Positions 1 to 10,138 of a stretch of 64,000 nt of DNA are shown piece by piece. Numbering within the stretch: the first letter of the stretch is position 1; every line of letters begins with the position of its first letter. Origin of the DNA: Pyrinomonadaceae bacterium (GTDB lineage: Bacteria > Acidobacteriota > Blastocatellia > Pyrinomonadales > Pyrinomonadaceae); NCBI GenBank assembly GCA_036388775.1, contig DASVRD010000002.1, forward strand, positions 1,482 through 65,481, read 5' to 3'. Position numbers and translations under genes: made by a program. The notes beneath the pieces are model-generated. The model was not told the DNA's origin. It made no database searches and worked only from the letters and a program-made list of their open reading frames with translations.

Positions 1-971
1 ATGTGAACGAACCCCATTTCTCCGTAAGGTCGCACCACGTCTTTAATCGGAGTGGAAACCACCGGCAATCCGGCTGCCAAATATTCCGGCGTTTTCGTCG
101 GGCTGATGAATTTCGTGCTTTCGTTTAAAGCAAACGGCAACAGCGCCGCGTCCCAACTCGCCAGATATTTCGGCAAATCGGCGTATTGTTTGCCGCCGAG
201 ATAATGAATGTTGGCGGCTTGCGGCAAATCGTCTTCGCTGATTTTCACGACCGGACCGATCATCACGAATTGCCAGTCAGGACGCAGCGCGGCGATTTTT
301 CCGACCAAATCAATATCCAATCTTTCATCAATCACGCCGATAAAACCGAGTCTCGGATGCGCGATTTCTTTTTGGTCTTCCGGTTCTTCCGTAATGTTTC
401 TGGCTTCGGCGAAATGCTCGGTTTCGATTGATGACGGAAAACAGAAAACGCGGGCGTGTTTATCGCGTTTGTTTTCAAAGATGCTTTGCCCGCCGGTGAA
501 TACCAAATCGGCGACTTCAAAAAGCTGTTTTTCGCGTTCGAGCAGATTCGCCGGAGCGTTTTTAAAAGCCGAAAGCTCGTCCATACAATCGTAAACAACG
601 GCAAGCGGGTTTTTGTGCTTCGTCCATTCAAAAGCCATCGGCGTGTAATACCAGAAGAAAAATTCGCCGATGTTTTGGTCAATAAAAAGCGTGTCGAATA
701 ATTCGTGCAAAATCGCTTCGCCGTCTCCGGCTTCCCAACGCTCTTTCGGCACAATCGGCAAGACGACCGTTACGCCCGTTTTGTGCTTCTGAATGTCGAG
801 GCGCGGCAGCGGGTCATCCGTGACAAACGGTTCTTCGACAAAAAATACTCTCTGCCCTTTGGCAAAGCGGCTCAAAAGATGCTGCGGGCGCTGCCAGACA
901 AAATTCCAGCGCAGATGCGACAGGCAAATCAAATCGGGCAGCGTCTTGTTGTTTGCGTTTTCAGTTTCCAT
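1..971 (-). CDS. glycosyltransferase (GT1/GT4-type), partial: C-terminus lies left of the window
   Basis: Absent from the ORF track because it is open at the window edge. My translation of the minus strand from ATG 971-969 reads METENANNKTLPDLICLSHLRWNFVWQRPQHLLSRFAKGQRVFFVEEP...FISPTKTPEYLAAGLPVVSTPIKDVVRPYGEMGFVH with no stop down to base 1. The track ORFs at 186-1088 are other frames of this gene. Confidence 0.75.
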   Translation of the reverse strand, partial: METENANNKTLPDLICLSHLRWNFVWQRPQHLLSRFAKGQRVFFVEEPFVTDDPLPRLDIQKHKTGVTVVLPIVPKERWEAGDGEAILHELFDTLFIDQNIGEFFFWYYTPMAFEWTKHKNPLAVVYDCMDELSAFKNAPANLLEREKQLFEVADLVFTGGQSIFENKRDKHARVFCFPSSIETEHFAEARNITEEPEDQKEIAHPRLGFIGVIDERLDIDLVGKIAALRPDWQFVMIGPVVKISEDDLPQAANIHYLGGKQYADLPKYLASWDAALLPFALNESTKFISPTKTPEYLAAGLPVVSTPIKDVVRPYGEMGFVH

Positions 972-1460
972 AAATTTCAATTACTTTTTTTCCCAAAGAT
1001 AAAAAAAGTAATAATCGGTTTTTGCGCGATTTTTCACACTTCCTTTCCGAACGAACTAAAGGCTGCCCGTCCGTGTACGGTTTTCTGACATCTTTCTGAC
1101 AGTTCTACTCCGACCATTACAAGTTTTGTGCCAAGAGCCGTTTCACCGAAATATCAATATTTACGGGGATTTTTCTTTTCTTGAAAATTCGATTTTGAAG
1201 CATTTGAATACAGCGAAAACAAACGATGTACTAAATTTCACATTGCGCGACAGGGCTTTCGATTTGTTGTATATTTGTAATGCCGTTCGCATTAAACGGG
1301 GCGTTTTCCAGCGCCGCCGTTAATTTGTAAAATTCGTTTTTGTACTTGTCGGAACAAGGTTTTTCAGCCGAATCGTTGAAGAAAGCCGGAAAACAGGTTT
1401 GTGATTTTGAGAACGAATGAAGGCTGGCATTTTGAGTCGAGAATTTTAGTTTGTAAAGCT

Positions 1461-4400
1461 ATGCTCACCGAAACAATTTTACTGGTCGCCGATTCCGACG
1501 CCGAGCAAAAAACTCAGGACGAGCTGCATCGGCAACTGGCGCTTTTTCAGCTTTCTTACGACCCGATTTTCGCCTCGGATTTCGATGGCGGAATTGTTTA
1601 TTGGAATCAAGGCTGCGAACAACTCTACGGTTATTCAATCGGCGAAGCCCTCGGCAAATCGAGCCATGCGCTGATGAAAAGCGATTTTCCCGTTTCTTTC
1701 GATGATTACCGGCAAACGCTTGAAAAAACAGGGCGCTGGACCGGAAAAATCCGGCGCTTATGCAAAGACAATCGCGTTTTGACAATTGAAAGCCGCCAAA
1801 TGCTGACCGCAATCGGCGGCAAACGGATCGTTCTGGAAGCCAACCGCGATGTCACCGAACAAAGTCTCGCTGAAGAAAAACTGCGTGAGGCGGAAGAACG
1901 CTATCGCGCTTTTATCGAACAAAGCTCCGAAGGAATCTGGCGTTTTGAATTGGACGAGCCGATTCCGACAACTCTCGCGGTCGAAGAACAGCTAAAGCTT
2001 GCCTACGAACGCGGCTTTCTCGCCGAATGCAATGACGCGATGGCAAAAATGTACGGCTTCGATTCCGCCGACCAAATCATCGGCGCTCGCTTAGCTGATT
2101 TGTTTGTCACCGAAGACCCCGCAAACGAGGCTTATCTTCGCGCTTTTCTCGAATCGGGTTATCGTCTGACGGAAGCCGAATCGCACGAAAAAGACGCCGA
2201 CGGGCACGATGTTTATTTCAGCAACAATCTCATCGGAGTCGTCGAAAACGGAAAATTATTTCGAGCCTGGGGAACGCAGCGCGACGTGACCAAATTGAAA
2301 GAAAGCGAAAAAGTGCTGGTACGCTATCGCCTCGTTTCCGCACAGGCGCGCGACATTGTTTTGATGGTTCGACCGACGGGCGAAATCGTCGAAGCGAACG
2401 CGGCAGCGGCGCGGGCTTACGGTTACACGCAGGCAGAATTGCTGACAATGAATATTGCCGATTTGCGCGCGCCCGATAGCTTGACCGAATTGGCGCGACA
2501 GATCGAACAGGCAAATCTGCACGGCATTTTGTTTGAAACCGTTCACCGCCGCAAAGACGGAATAACCTTTGACGTTGAAGTAAGCGCAGTCGGCGCGGAC
2601 ATCGGCGACGAGCGTTTTCTGCTGAGCATCATCCGCGACATCAGCGAAAGAAAACAAGCCGAAGAAAAATTACGCGAATCCGAAGTTCGCTTCCGCAAAA
2701 TGGCGGACAATTTGCCCGTAATGGTTTGGGTAACCGACGCCGACGGAAGCTGCACTTATTTAAATAGATTATGGTACGAGTTCACTGGGCAAATGCCGGA
2801 GACAAGCTTAGGTCTCGGCTGGATTTCAGCGGTGCACCGGGACGACCAAAAGCGTGCCGAAGAAGCGTTTTTGTCCGCCAACGAGCGACGCGGTGAGTTT
2901 TACGTCGAATATCGGCTGCGCCGCCGCGATGGCGAATATCGCTGGATGATTGATTCGGCGCAGCCGCGTTTTGACGAAAGCGGCGAATTTTTAGGTTATA
3001 CCGGCTCGGTCGTTGATATTCACGAGCGTAAAGTCATCGAACAACAAGTGAGCTTTCAGCTCAATCTGACGCAAACCATTACCGACAATACACAGTCGTG
3101 TCTGCTGATGATGGACGCCGACGGGTTTTGCACATTTGCGAATCACGCGACCGAGCGCGTCACAGGTTTTAAACCGGAAGACTTAATCGGCGAGATTCTG
3201 CATTATAAAATTCATCACACGCGCCCGGACGGATCGCCTTTTCCAAAAGAACAATGCCCGCTCGACAAAGCGCTTCCGTTGCACGAAGCGGTCGTCGGTT
3301 ACGAAGATGTTTTCGTTCACAAAAACGGGCATTTTTATCCGGTGCGCTGTTCGGGACGCCCTATTTTCAAAAGCGGCGAACCGGTCGGAACGGTAATCGA
3401 AGTTCAAGACATCACGGAAGAAAAACGCGCCCGCGAAGCTCTGCTTAAAGCCGAGCGTCAGGCGGCGGAGGAATATCAGGCACTGCTCTCGCGTATTGTC
3501 CCGCTCGCGCAAACGCTCGGCACGGCGCGCGATTTGACCGCGATTTACCGGGCAATCGGCGATTTCGTTCGCGCTTCGATGCCGTGTATCGGGTTTTTCG
3601 TTTCGTTTTACGATTCGGATAAAAATTTGCGGACGGGGGCTTACGGCTGGGCGGAAGGCGCGGAGCTTGACATTGCCAGTTTGCCGCCGACGCCGCTCAC
3701 TCAAGACGGCGGACCGAATTCGCAAGCCATCTTCCAGCAACAAACAATCGTCGTCGGCAATTACCGGCAAACGATGGCAAATCGCCCGCACATAGTCATT
3801 GGTGAGGAAAACGGAATCGTCCCCGATTCGTCGCTTATCGCGCCGATGATTGTGATGGGAAGAATCATCGGCACTTTGGAAGTGCAGGCTTACGAATCCG
3901 CCGCTTTTAACCGAGACCACGTTGTCTCGCTCGAAATGGCTTCAAATCTGGCTGCGGTGGCAATTGAAAACGTCCGTTTGCTCGAAATCGAGGCGAACGC
4001 CCGGCAGGAAGCCGAGATTGCAAATCGCTCAAAAGACGAGTTTCTGGCGGTTCTCTCACACGAGCTGAGAACGCCGCTTAATTCGATGTTCGGCTGGGTG
4101 CGAATGCTCAGCACCGGGCAGCTCGACGCCGAAAAAACGCGCCGCGCGGTTGAAGTCATCGAACGCAACATCAATTTGCAGACGAAATTGATTGAAGATA
4201 TTTTGGACGTTTCCAGAATTATCTCCGGGAAAATCAGGCTCGAAAACAGGCAGTTCGATTTCCTGCCGCTGATCAAATCCGTAACCGAAGTCGCGCAGCC
4301 GACCGCCGAAACCAAAAACGTCGAGCTAGTGACCGAATTCGATTCCGAAGCCTGTATTTTGCAGGGCGACGCGGAACGCTTGCAGCAAGTCGTCAACAAC

Positions 4401-5138
4401 TTGCTGACCAACGCGATCAAATTTACCCCGTCGGGCGGCAAAATCGTCGTCAAGCTCGATTGCAACGAAACCCGCGCCGAATTAAAAGTCATTGATTCGG
4501 GAGTCGGCATCGAGCCGGAGTTTTTGCCTTTTGTTTTCGACCGCTTTCGTCAGGCGGACAGCTCTTCAAAACGCAAACACGGCGGTCTCGGTTTAGGTTT
4601 GGCAATCGTCAAACACCTCGTCGAAATGCACGGCGGCGAAGTTTTCGCCGAAAGCGCAGGCGTCGGCAAAGGCGCGACTTTTACAATTCGCCTGCCGATG
4701 CACAGCCGCGTCGGATTGAGTGAAGCGGAAAAAATATTCGCGGTTGAAGAAAAAGAACAGGATTTGGAAAAATTGAATTTGCTTGTCGTTGACGACGACA
4801 CGGATGCGCTCGAAATGCTGAGAACAATGCTGTCCTCGCGCGGCGCGCAAGTTCAAACGGCTGCGTCGGCAATCGAAGCTCTGAAAATTGTCGAAAAAAA
4901 AGTCCCGGATGTTTTAGTCAGCGACATCGGAATGCCGGAAATGAACGGAATGGAGTTTATCGGCAAAATCCGGCAATCAAAAAACAAACGTCTGCGGCAA
5001 ATTCCGGCAATTGCTCTGACAGCTTACGCTTCAGCCGAAGACCGCGAGCGCATCTTAGCTTCCGGGTTTAATCAATATCAACGAAAGCCGGTAAATTTCG
5101 CCGATTTAATTGCCAACATCAAAAATATTTGTTCGTAG
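1461..5138 (+). CDS. cytoplasmic multi-PAS/GAF hybrid sensor histidine kinase with C-terminal receiver
   Basis: Track ORF 1401-5138; I prefer ATG 1461 (MLTETILL). Several PAS-like modules and a GAF-like block. H-box FLAVLSHELRTPLN, ATPase motifs DSGVGI and GGLGLGLAIVKHLVEMHGG, receiver LLVVDDD...DVLVSDIGMPEMNG...ALTAYA. No TM segment seen. Confidence 0.9.
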   Translation: MLTETILLVADSDAEQKTQDELHRQLALFQLSYDPIFASDFDGGIVYWNQGCEQLYGYSIGEALGKSSHALMKSDFPVSFDDYRQTLEKTGRWTGKIRRLCKDNRVLTIESRQMLTAIGGKRIVLEANRDVTEQSLAEEKLREAEERYRAFIEQSSEGIWRFELDEPIPTTLAVEEQLKLAYERGFLAECNDAMAKMYGFDSADQIIGARLADLFVTEDPANEAYLRAFLESGYRLTEAESHEKDADGHDVYFSNNLIGVVENGKLFRAWGTQRDVTKLKESEKVLVRYRLVSAQARDIVLMVRPTGEIVEANAAAARAYGYTQAELLTMNIADLRAPDSLTELARQIEQANLHGILFETVHRRKDGITFDVEVSAVGADIGDERFLLSIIRDISERKQAEEKLRESEVRFRKMADNLPVMVWVTDADGSCTYLNRLWYEFTGQMPETSLGLGWISAVHRDDQKRAEEAFLSANERRGEFYVEYRLRRRDGEYRWMIDSAQPRFDESGEFLGYTGSVVDIHERKVIEQQVSFQLNLTQTITDNTQSCLLMMDADGFCTFANHATERVTGFKPEDLIGEILHYKIHHTRPDGSPFPKEQCPLDKALPLHEAVVGYEDVFVHKNGHFYPVRCSGRPIFKSGEPVGTVIEVQDITEEKRAREALLKAERQAAEEYQALLSRIVPLAQTLGTARDLTAIYRAIGDFVRASMPCIGFFVSFYDSDKNLRTGAYGWAEGAELDIASLPPTPLTQDGGPNSQAIFQQQTIVVGNYRQTMANRPHIVIGEENGIVPDSSLIAPMIVMGRIIGTLEVQAYESAAFNRDHVVSLEMASNLAAVAIENVRLLEIEANARQEAEIANRSKDEFLAVLSHELRTPLNSMFGWVRMLSTGQLDAEKTRRAVEVIERNINLQTKLIEDILDVSRIISGKIRLENRQFDFLPLIKSVTEVAQPTAETKNVELVTEFDSEACILQGDAERLQQVVNNLLTNAIKFTPSGGKIVVKLDCNETRAELKVIDSGVGIEPEFLPFVFDRFRQADSSSKRKHGGLGLGLAIVKHLVEMHGGEVFAESAGVGKGATFTIRLPMHSRVGLSEAEKIFAVEEKEQDLEKLNLLVVDDDTDALEMLRTMLSSRGAQVQTAASAIEALKIVEKKVPDVLVSDIGMPEMNGMEFIGKIRQSKNKRLRQIPAIALTAYASAEDRERILASGFNQYQRKPVNFADLIANIKNICS

Positions 5139-5266
5139 TTCTTAATTTGTTCGTTGATCGTAGTTCGTTGTTCGTTGCAAATCGCCAAAGAACGTTGTCG
5201 TTTTAATTTCAAACGCTACTTAAAACTGAGAAAAACAACGAACGACGAACCACGAACTACGAACAA
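5129..5266. repeat. heptamer-array hairpin element (TTCGTWG type), imperfect, fills convergent intergenic gap
   Basis: Outer 13-bp perfect stem: ttgttcgtagttc (5129-5141) with gaactacgaacaa (5254-5266). Inner stem 5163-5177 with 5236-5250 (15 bp, 1 mismatch). Arms are tandem TTCGTTG/TTCGTAG units. The left arm contains the kinase stop codon TAG 5136-5138, and the right arm ends 1 nt before the Crp stop codon (5267-5269). Confidence 0.7.
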
Positions 5267-5959
5267 TTAGAATTTTAAAGCCTGAAAACATTCGCACGCT
5301 TCCGCTTCGAGCAGCTTGCGGTCATGGACGCGAACGGTTCCGCGCGCGTAGGAAATCGCGCCTTTTTCCTGCATTGCTCCGGCAACGTTGGTGACTCCGG
5401 CGCGGCGCGCGCCGAGCTTTCTGGCAATCGTTTCATGCGTCAGGGGAATCTCGTCATTTCCGGCAAGCTCGTGAACGAGCAGCAGCCAAAAACAAAAACG
5501 CTGCTGCAAGCTGTGTCGCCCGTTGCAAACCGCACGCTGCGAAACTTGGCGCATTAGATTGCCGTAAAAACTGAGCAGCAGTGAACGCAGCTCATCATTT
5601 GTGGCGGCAAAATCGCGTATCACCGCAGTTTCCATTTTGAGAGCTTCGCCGGCTTTTAAAACGGTCGTACAGTTGCGTGCGATTTGCTCGCCGAAAATCG
5701 CCTGAATTCCAATGACTCCTTCGCGTCCCGTCAAACAAACTTCGGCGCTTGAGCCGTCTTCCATCAAACTGCAATAAGAAACGACGGCATCGAGCGGAAA
5801 ATAAATCGAGCCGATGGCGTCTTCGACTTCGTAAAGCGGTTGTTCGGCTTCCAAAACAATCGGTCTGGTATGAGCGAGCAGATTGTTTTTTTCAGACAAT
5901 GGCAAAGCGTTAATCAAATGATTACCGAAAGGAGAAATCTGTGCGGTTTTAGTCTGCAT
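5267..5959 (-). CDS. Crp/Fnr family transcriptional regulator (cNMP-binding domain + C-terminal HTH)
   Basis: 230 aa. Beta-roll effector domain (YFPLDAVVSY...GREGVIG), then HTH THETIARKLGARRAGVTNVAGAMQEKGAISYARG and tail EACECF. Confidence 0.85.
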   Translation of the reverse strand: MQTKTAQISPFGNHLINALPLSEKNNLLAHTRPIVLEAEQPLYEVEDAIGSIYFPLDAVVSYCSLMEDGSSAEVCLTGREGVIGIQAIFGEQIARNCTTVLKAGEALKMETAVIRDFAATNDELRSLLLSFYGNLMRQVSQRAVCNGRHSLQQRFCFWLLLVHELAGNDEIPLTHETIARKLGARRAGVTNVAGAMQEKGAISYARGTVRVHDRKLLEAEACECFQALKF

Positions 5960-6034
5960 AAATGGGGAATGAAAAAGGACAAGAGGAATTATAAAAATAA
6001 TTTCCCCGTTGTCCCCACAGTTTTGCGCCGCCTT

Positions 6035-6904
6035 TTACTGAACGCGAGCGGCTTTTAATTCAAAATGAAAATCGCTTCGTAAAATGTCGTAACATTCGCA
6101 CGCACAGTTTTCCAGACCTCTGCGATTGGAAATGATGATGTGTCCTCGGCGCGATTGGACGCAACCGTTTCTTTCCAATTCATTTAAAGCAACCGTCACG
6201 CTGGCACGGCGCGCGCCCAAACGATTGGCGATTGTTTCCTGCGTCAAAGCCAAATCGTTGCCGGTGGCGCGGTCGTGAACGAGCAGCAGCCAGGTGCAAA
6301 GCTGTTGCGCGACGGTGTGGCGGCAGCGGCAAGCTGCTCGCTGAGAAACCTGCGTGAGAAAATCGCTGTAATAATTGAGCAAAATCTTTTGCAGTTTTTG
6401 ATTTTGGCGGAAAATATCGCGGAGCAGCTTGGTTCTGACGCGAATTGCGGTTCCGCCGGTTTCGGCAATCGTCAGACAATTCGCCGTTATCGCGCCCATC
6501 ATTGAAGAAATTCCGAGAAGTCCTTCGCGCCCGACCACCCCGACCTCGATCATCGCGCCGTCTTCCATCAAACAAAGGCGTGAAGCGACCAGATCAATCG
6601 GAAAATAAACGAAATCGAAAGTATCGCCGATGTCGTAAATTGTTTGTCCGCGCTCGAATACGACTTTCTGCATCGCGGGTTGCAGTTTAACTGACACATC
6701 AATCGGAAGATTCAGCAAAAGCTCGTTTCCGAGTTGCGGCTGCGATTCGGTTTTGTCTTTTGCCGAAATGAACGGTGAAACGGGGAAAGCCGGTTTCAAG
6801 CCCGCGCGGTTCGTCAAATTGCTTTTTCCGTCGCCCGGTAATTGCCATTTGTTTTGCCCAATTGAACTTGTTCGGTTAAGTGCTGCTACTGCGTTGATTG
6901 CCAT
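6035..6904 (-). CDS. Crp/Fnr family transcriptional regulator with about 60 aa N-terminal extension (paralogue of 5267-5959)
   Basis: 289 aa. VYFPIDLVASR...GREGLLG, HTH TQETIANRLGARRASVTVALNELERNGCVQSRRG, tail CACECY. Same architecture and order of motifs as the neighbouring gene. Confidence 0.85.
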   Translation of the reverse strand: MAINAVAALNRTSSIGQNKWQLPGDGKSNLTNRAGLKPAFPVSPFISAKDKTESQPQLGNELLLNLPIDVSVKLQPAMQKVVFERGQTIYDIGDTFDFVYFPIDLVASRLCLMEDGAMIEVGVVGREGLLGISSMMGAITANCLTIAETGGTAIRVRTKLLRDIFRQNQKLQKILLNYYSDFLTQVSQRAACRCRHTVAQQLCTWLLLVHDRATGNDLALTQETIANRLGARRASVTVALNELERNGCVQSRRGHIIISNRRGLENCACECYDILRSDFHFELKAARVQ

Positions 6905-7387
6905 TTATTGAACCCATCCTTGAAGAATAATTACAAATAATATTTGCCGCAGTGCTTCGAGCAATCATTATGCCAATTAGCGATTAGCTAATGTTTTAGG
7001 TTTATTTATTCAATTTTTGAAAGACGGAATTTTATTTGGCTGGAGATTTTCAGAATTTGGCGTAAATATTTTTTGTATTGAGACAATACAGACTTTTCCG
7101 GGTTAAAAAGCGCCTGAAAAGAGAGGCGTATGCTTTCGGCACATTTAATCCGTCGAATAGCTTCTAACTTTTCTATTAAAAATTTGCCTTAAAGTCGGTA
7201 ACATTTCGGTACGGTTGTGTACAAAATCGAACTTTATAATCGCTTAAATTATTATTTTCATTATCTTACAAAATTTACCTCTGCCTTGTGGCACGGTGAT
7301 TGTTTGTTTTGGGAATCTTTTTAGCTCACCGAGCGAAAAGATTTGTTGGTTTATTGTTATTTATTTGATGGATTTATATTTAATTTT

Positions 7388-9508
7388 ATGTCGGTTTATA
7401 CGGAGCACTCAAGGAATTGGCAATTTAAAGGTCGGAATAATATTTCAAATAGCAGCAGCGAGAAAGCGTCGAAAAATGTTTTTTGGGCGGAAAGCGAAGA
7501 ATCCTGTTCTGCGCTCGTCACTCAAAATCCCACTCCTATCTGGCGGATCGAACTGAAACACGGTGTCTCGGCTTCGCTCGGCGAAAAAGAACAAATCGAG
7601 CAAATCGAGCGTTTCGGGTTTCTTGCCGAATGCAACGAAGCTCTGGCGCGCTCGTTTGGCTGCGAATCGTCAGTTGAAATGATTTGTCTTTTCGGGGAGC
7701 GCTTTCCCGCCGATTTGTTTGCCGACACGCAAATGTTTTTGCGCGATTTTATTCAATCCGGCTATCGGCTGGAAAACGTGAAAAGCGTTCGTAGCGACTC
7801 TGCGGGAAATGAGCGTCATTTTTCCACAAACGTTTTCGGAGTTGTCGAAAACCGCCGTTTAACTCAAATTTGGGGTATGCAGAGCGAAGAAAAACCGGCT
7901 TCGACGGAAAGCGGCGATTTTTATCAAGCCGTGATTGATTCGATGCTAGAACACATCGCCATTATTGATGAAAACGGTCAAATTATCGCAACGAACGATG
8001 GCTGGAAACGATTTGCCGTAAATAACAACGGAAACGATAAAAAAAAGATAGATGTCGGCGCAAACTATTTTGAAGTTTGCCGCGTGGACGGCGGCGAGCT
8101 TGCCCGGCAGGTCGAGGAAGGCATTCATGAGGTTTTAAACAAACAAAAAGATTATTTCACCGTCGAATATCCTTGCCACAGTCCATCGGGCGAGCAACGC
8201 TGGTTTTTGCTGCACGTAACGCCGCTCTCCGGCACAAACGGCGCGGTCGTTTCGCATTTGAACGTCACCAAACGAAGAAAAGCCGAACAGGAACGTCAAA
8301 AAGCGCTCGAAGAACTAAAAAGGGCGGCGGAGGAAAATGAAATCGTCAATCGAATGAAAGACGAGTTTCTGTCGGTGATTTCGCACGAATTACGCACGCC
8401 GCTGACTTCGATGCTCGGTTGGACGCGGCTGATTCGTTCGGGCAAGCTCGACGATAAATCAATCGCGCAGGGGCTTGAAACAATCGAGCGCAACACGCTC
8501 GTTCAATCGCGTCTGATTGAAGATTTGCTCGACGTTTCGCGCATTATCAACGGCAAAATCAAGCTCGAAGCGTTTCCGGTCAAGATTCGCTCGCTCGTCG
8601 AAACGGCGGTTGAATCAATCAAACCGACGGCTTCGATCAAACAGATCGCGGTCGAGTTTCGTTCGGAGATTGACGACGCCACTGTTTATGCAGACCCGCG
8701 CCGAATCCAGCAGGTTTTGTGGAATTTGCTCTCGAATGCCATCAAATTTACGCCGCGCAACGGTTTCGTGCTGGTTAATTTAAGTGCCACCAATGATGCG
8801 ATCAAAATTTCCGTGACCGACAACGGAATCGGCATTGCGTCGGAATTTTTGCCGCATCTTTTTAAGCATTTCCGCCAGCAGGACGCTTCGATCACGCGCA
8901 AACACGGCGGTCTCGGTTTGGGGTTGTCAATTGTGCGGCATTTAATCGAGCTGCACGGCGGACAGGTTAAAGCCGAAAGCGCGGGCGAGGGCGAAGGCTC
9001 AGCTTTTACATTCAGCTTGCCGCTGATGAACGCCCGCGTCGAATCGCTCGAAAACATCAACAACGTCGTCGCTTCCGAAAGCTTCGACGCGCCGAATAAA
9101 ACCGCCGCGCCGCGAAAGCTCGTCGGCGTCAATCTGCTGCTTGTCGAAGACGACGCGGACAGTCTTGAATTATTGGCGTTTTTGTTCGAGTCAACCGGCG
9201 CGACGGTCAGAACCGCAAATCTGGCGAGCGTTGCTTTTGATAAATTTCAGGAAAACCCGCCGGATTTATTGATTTCCGATATTGGAATGCCGGACGAAGA
9301 CGGTTACAGCTTGATTCAAAAAATCCGTCGCCTGCCGCCCGAAAAAGGCGGAAACGTTCCGGCGATTGCACTGACGGCTTACGCCAAAAACGAAGACCGT
9401 TTAAAGGCTCTTTCAAGCGGTTTTCAGCGGCACATTAAAAAACCGATTGAGCCGGTGGATTTAATCGAGCAGGTTGCCGAAATGCTCGAACAGAAAAAAA
9501 ATATTTAA
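7388..9508 (+). CDS. PAS-domain hybrid sensor histidine kinase with C-terminal receiver
   Basis: Track ORF 7343-9508; ATG 7388 (MSVYTEHS) preferred. H-box FLSVISHELRTPLT, GGLGLGLSIVRHLIELHGG, receiver LLLVEDD...DLLISDIGMPDEDG...ALTAYA. The N-terminal PAS (GFLAECNEALARSFG...FGVVENRRL) is paralogous to one in 1461-5138 (GFLAECNDAMAKMYG...IGVVENGKL). Confidence 0.9.
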   Translation: MSVYTEHSRNWQFKGRNNISNSSSEKASKNVFWAESEESCSALVTQNPTPIWRIELKHGVSASLGEKEQIEQIERFGFLAECNEALARSFGCESSVEMICLFGERFPADLFADTQMFLRDFIQSGYRLENVKSVRSDSAGNERHFSTNVFGVVENRRLTQIWGMQSEEKPASTESGDFYQAVIDSMLEHIAIIDENGQIIATNDGWKRFAVNNNGNDKKKIDVGANYFEVCRVDGGELARQVEEGIHEVLNKQKDYFTVEYPCHSPSGEQRWFLLHVTPLSGTNGAVVSHLNVTKRRKAEQERQKALEELKRAAEENEIVNRMKDEFLSVISHELRTPLTSMLGWTRLIRSGKLDDKSIAQGLETIERNTLVQSRLIEDLLDVSRIINGKIKLEAFPVKIRSLVETAVESIKPTASIKQIAVEFRSEIDDATVYADPRRIQQVLWNLLSNAIKFTPRNGFVLVNLSATNDAIKISVTDNGIGIASEFLPHLFKHFRQQDASITRKHGGLGLGLSIVRHLIELHGGQVKAESAGEGEGSAFTFSLPLMNARVESLENINNVVASESFDAPNKTAAPRKLVGVNLLLVEDDADSLELLAFLFESTGATVRTANLASVAFDKFQENPPDLLISDIGMPDEDGYSLIQKIRRLPPEKGGNVPAIALTAYAKNEDRLKALSSGFQRHIKKPIEPVDLIEQVAEMLEQKKNI

Positions 9509-9731
9509 AGGGCGAATTAATTTTTCGCTCTTTAAATATTTCAATTTGTACGAATCAAAGCCGTTGCTTGTACTGAATTCGCTCGCAAATCTGTTTCCAA
9601 AGAAACTAAAACTTCATATTAAAAAATAATATCTTGCCAAAGCGCCGATGTTTATTGCATTCCGGCGCTCTGGCATATTCTTTGCCCATAAATCGGCGAA
9701 CGTAAATTTTAATAATAGGAGATTAAAAATT

Positions 9732-9905
9732 ATGGCGGACGGGGATGGCGGAAGCGGAGCAGGCAGCGCGATGTGGGCTGTCGTGACGCTTTTGATTGTT
9801 TTGATAGTTGTCGGAGCATTGTATTTTGGCGGCGCATTCGGTAATCGAAGTGCGGGACCAACCAAGGTTGACGTTAAAATTGACGCTCCCGCACCGAGCC
9901 GTTAG
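9732..9905 (+). CDS. small single-pass membrane protein (57 aa), unknown function
   Basis: Internal ATG of track ORF 9648-9905, preceded by AGGAG (aataggagattaaaaattATG). MADGDGGSGAGSAMWAVVTLLIVLIVVGALYFGGAFGNRS... has one clear TM helix. Confidence 0.55.
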   Translation: MADGDGGSGAGSAMWAVVTLLIVLIVVGALYFGGAFGNRSAGPTKVDVKIDAPAPSR

Positions 9906-9942
9906 CTTGATTTTTGATTGATTTTAAGGGAGGTGGACATCC

Positions 9943-10122
9943 ATGACGCGAACAACACAGGAGGCACAAGCGCAGGAAACGCGCGGGGTGTTGGCGGTCG
10001 TTGTGATGTTATTACTGGCAGGTGTCTTCACAATTTTATTCGCCGCCGGACATTTGAGCGATAAAACGCAAAATCCGGCGGAGGTTGAAACACATTCGAC
10101 AGTAGTTAGCAAAAACAAATAA
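9943..10122 (+). CDS. small single-pass membrane protein (59 aa), unknown function
   Basis: Below the 60 aa track cutoff; found by reading. GGGAGG 7 nt upstream of ATG 9943. MTRTTQEAQAQETRGVLAVVVMLLLAGVFTILFAAGHLSDKTQNPAEVETHSTVVSKNK, stop TAA 10120-10122. Confidence 0.5.
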   Translation: MTRTTQEAQAQETRGVLAVVVMLLLAGVFTILFAAGHLSDKTQNPAEVETHSTVVSKNK

Positions 10123-10138
10123 AGCGACTGGTAAACAG

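Noticed and set aside
186-1088. Five track ORFs (60-140 aa) on both strands at the left edge
   Set aside because: All lie inside the long open minus-strand frame (971 down to 1). That frame encodes a recognisable glycosyltransferase, so these are alternative-frame artefacts.
1465-4872. Many antisense or out-of-frame ORFs inside the 1245-aa kinase gene (for example 3183-3920, 3890-4510)
   Set aside because: Their translations are Arg/Ser/Ala-rich with no motifs, which is typical shadow ORFs of a GC-skewed codon position. The sense frame has unambiguous kinase motifs. The same reasoning applies to shadow ORFs inside 7388-9508, 18721-20952, 38340-39980, 55086-56060 and others.
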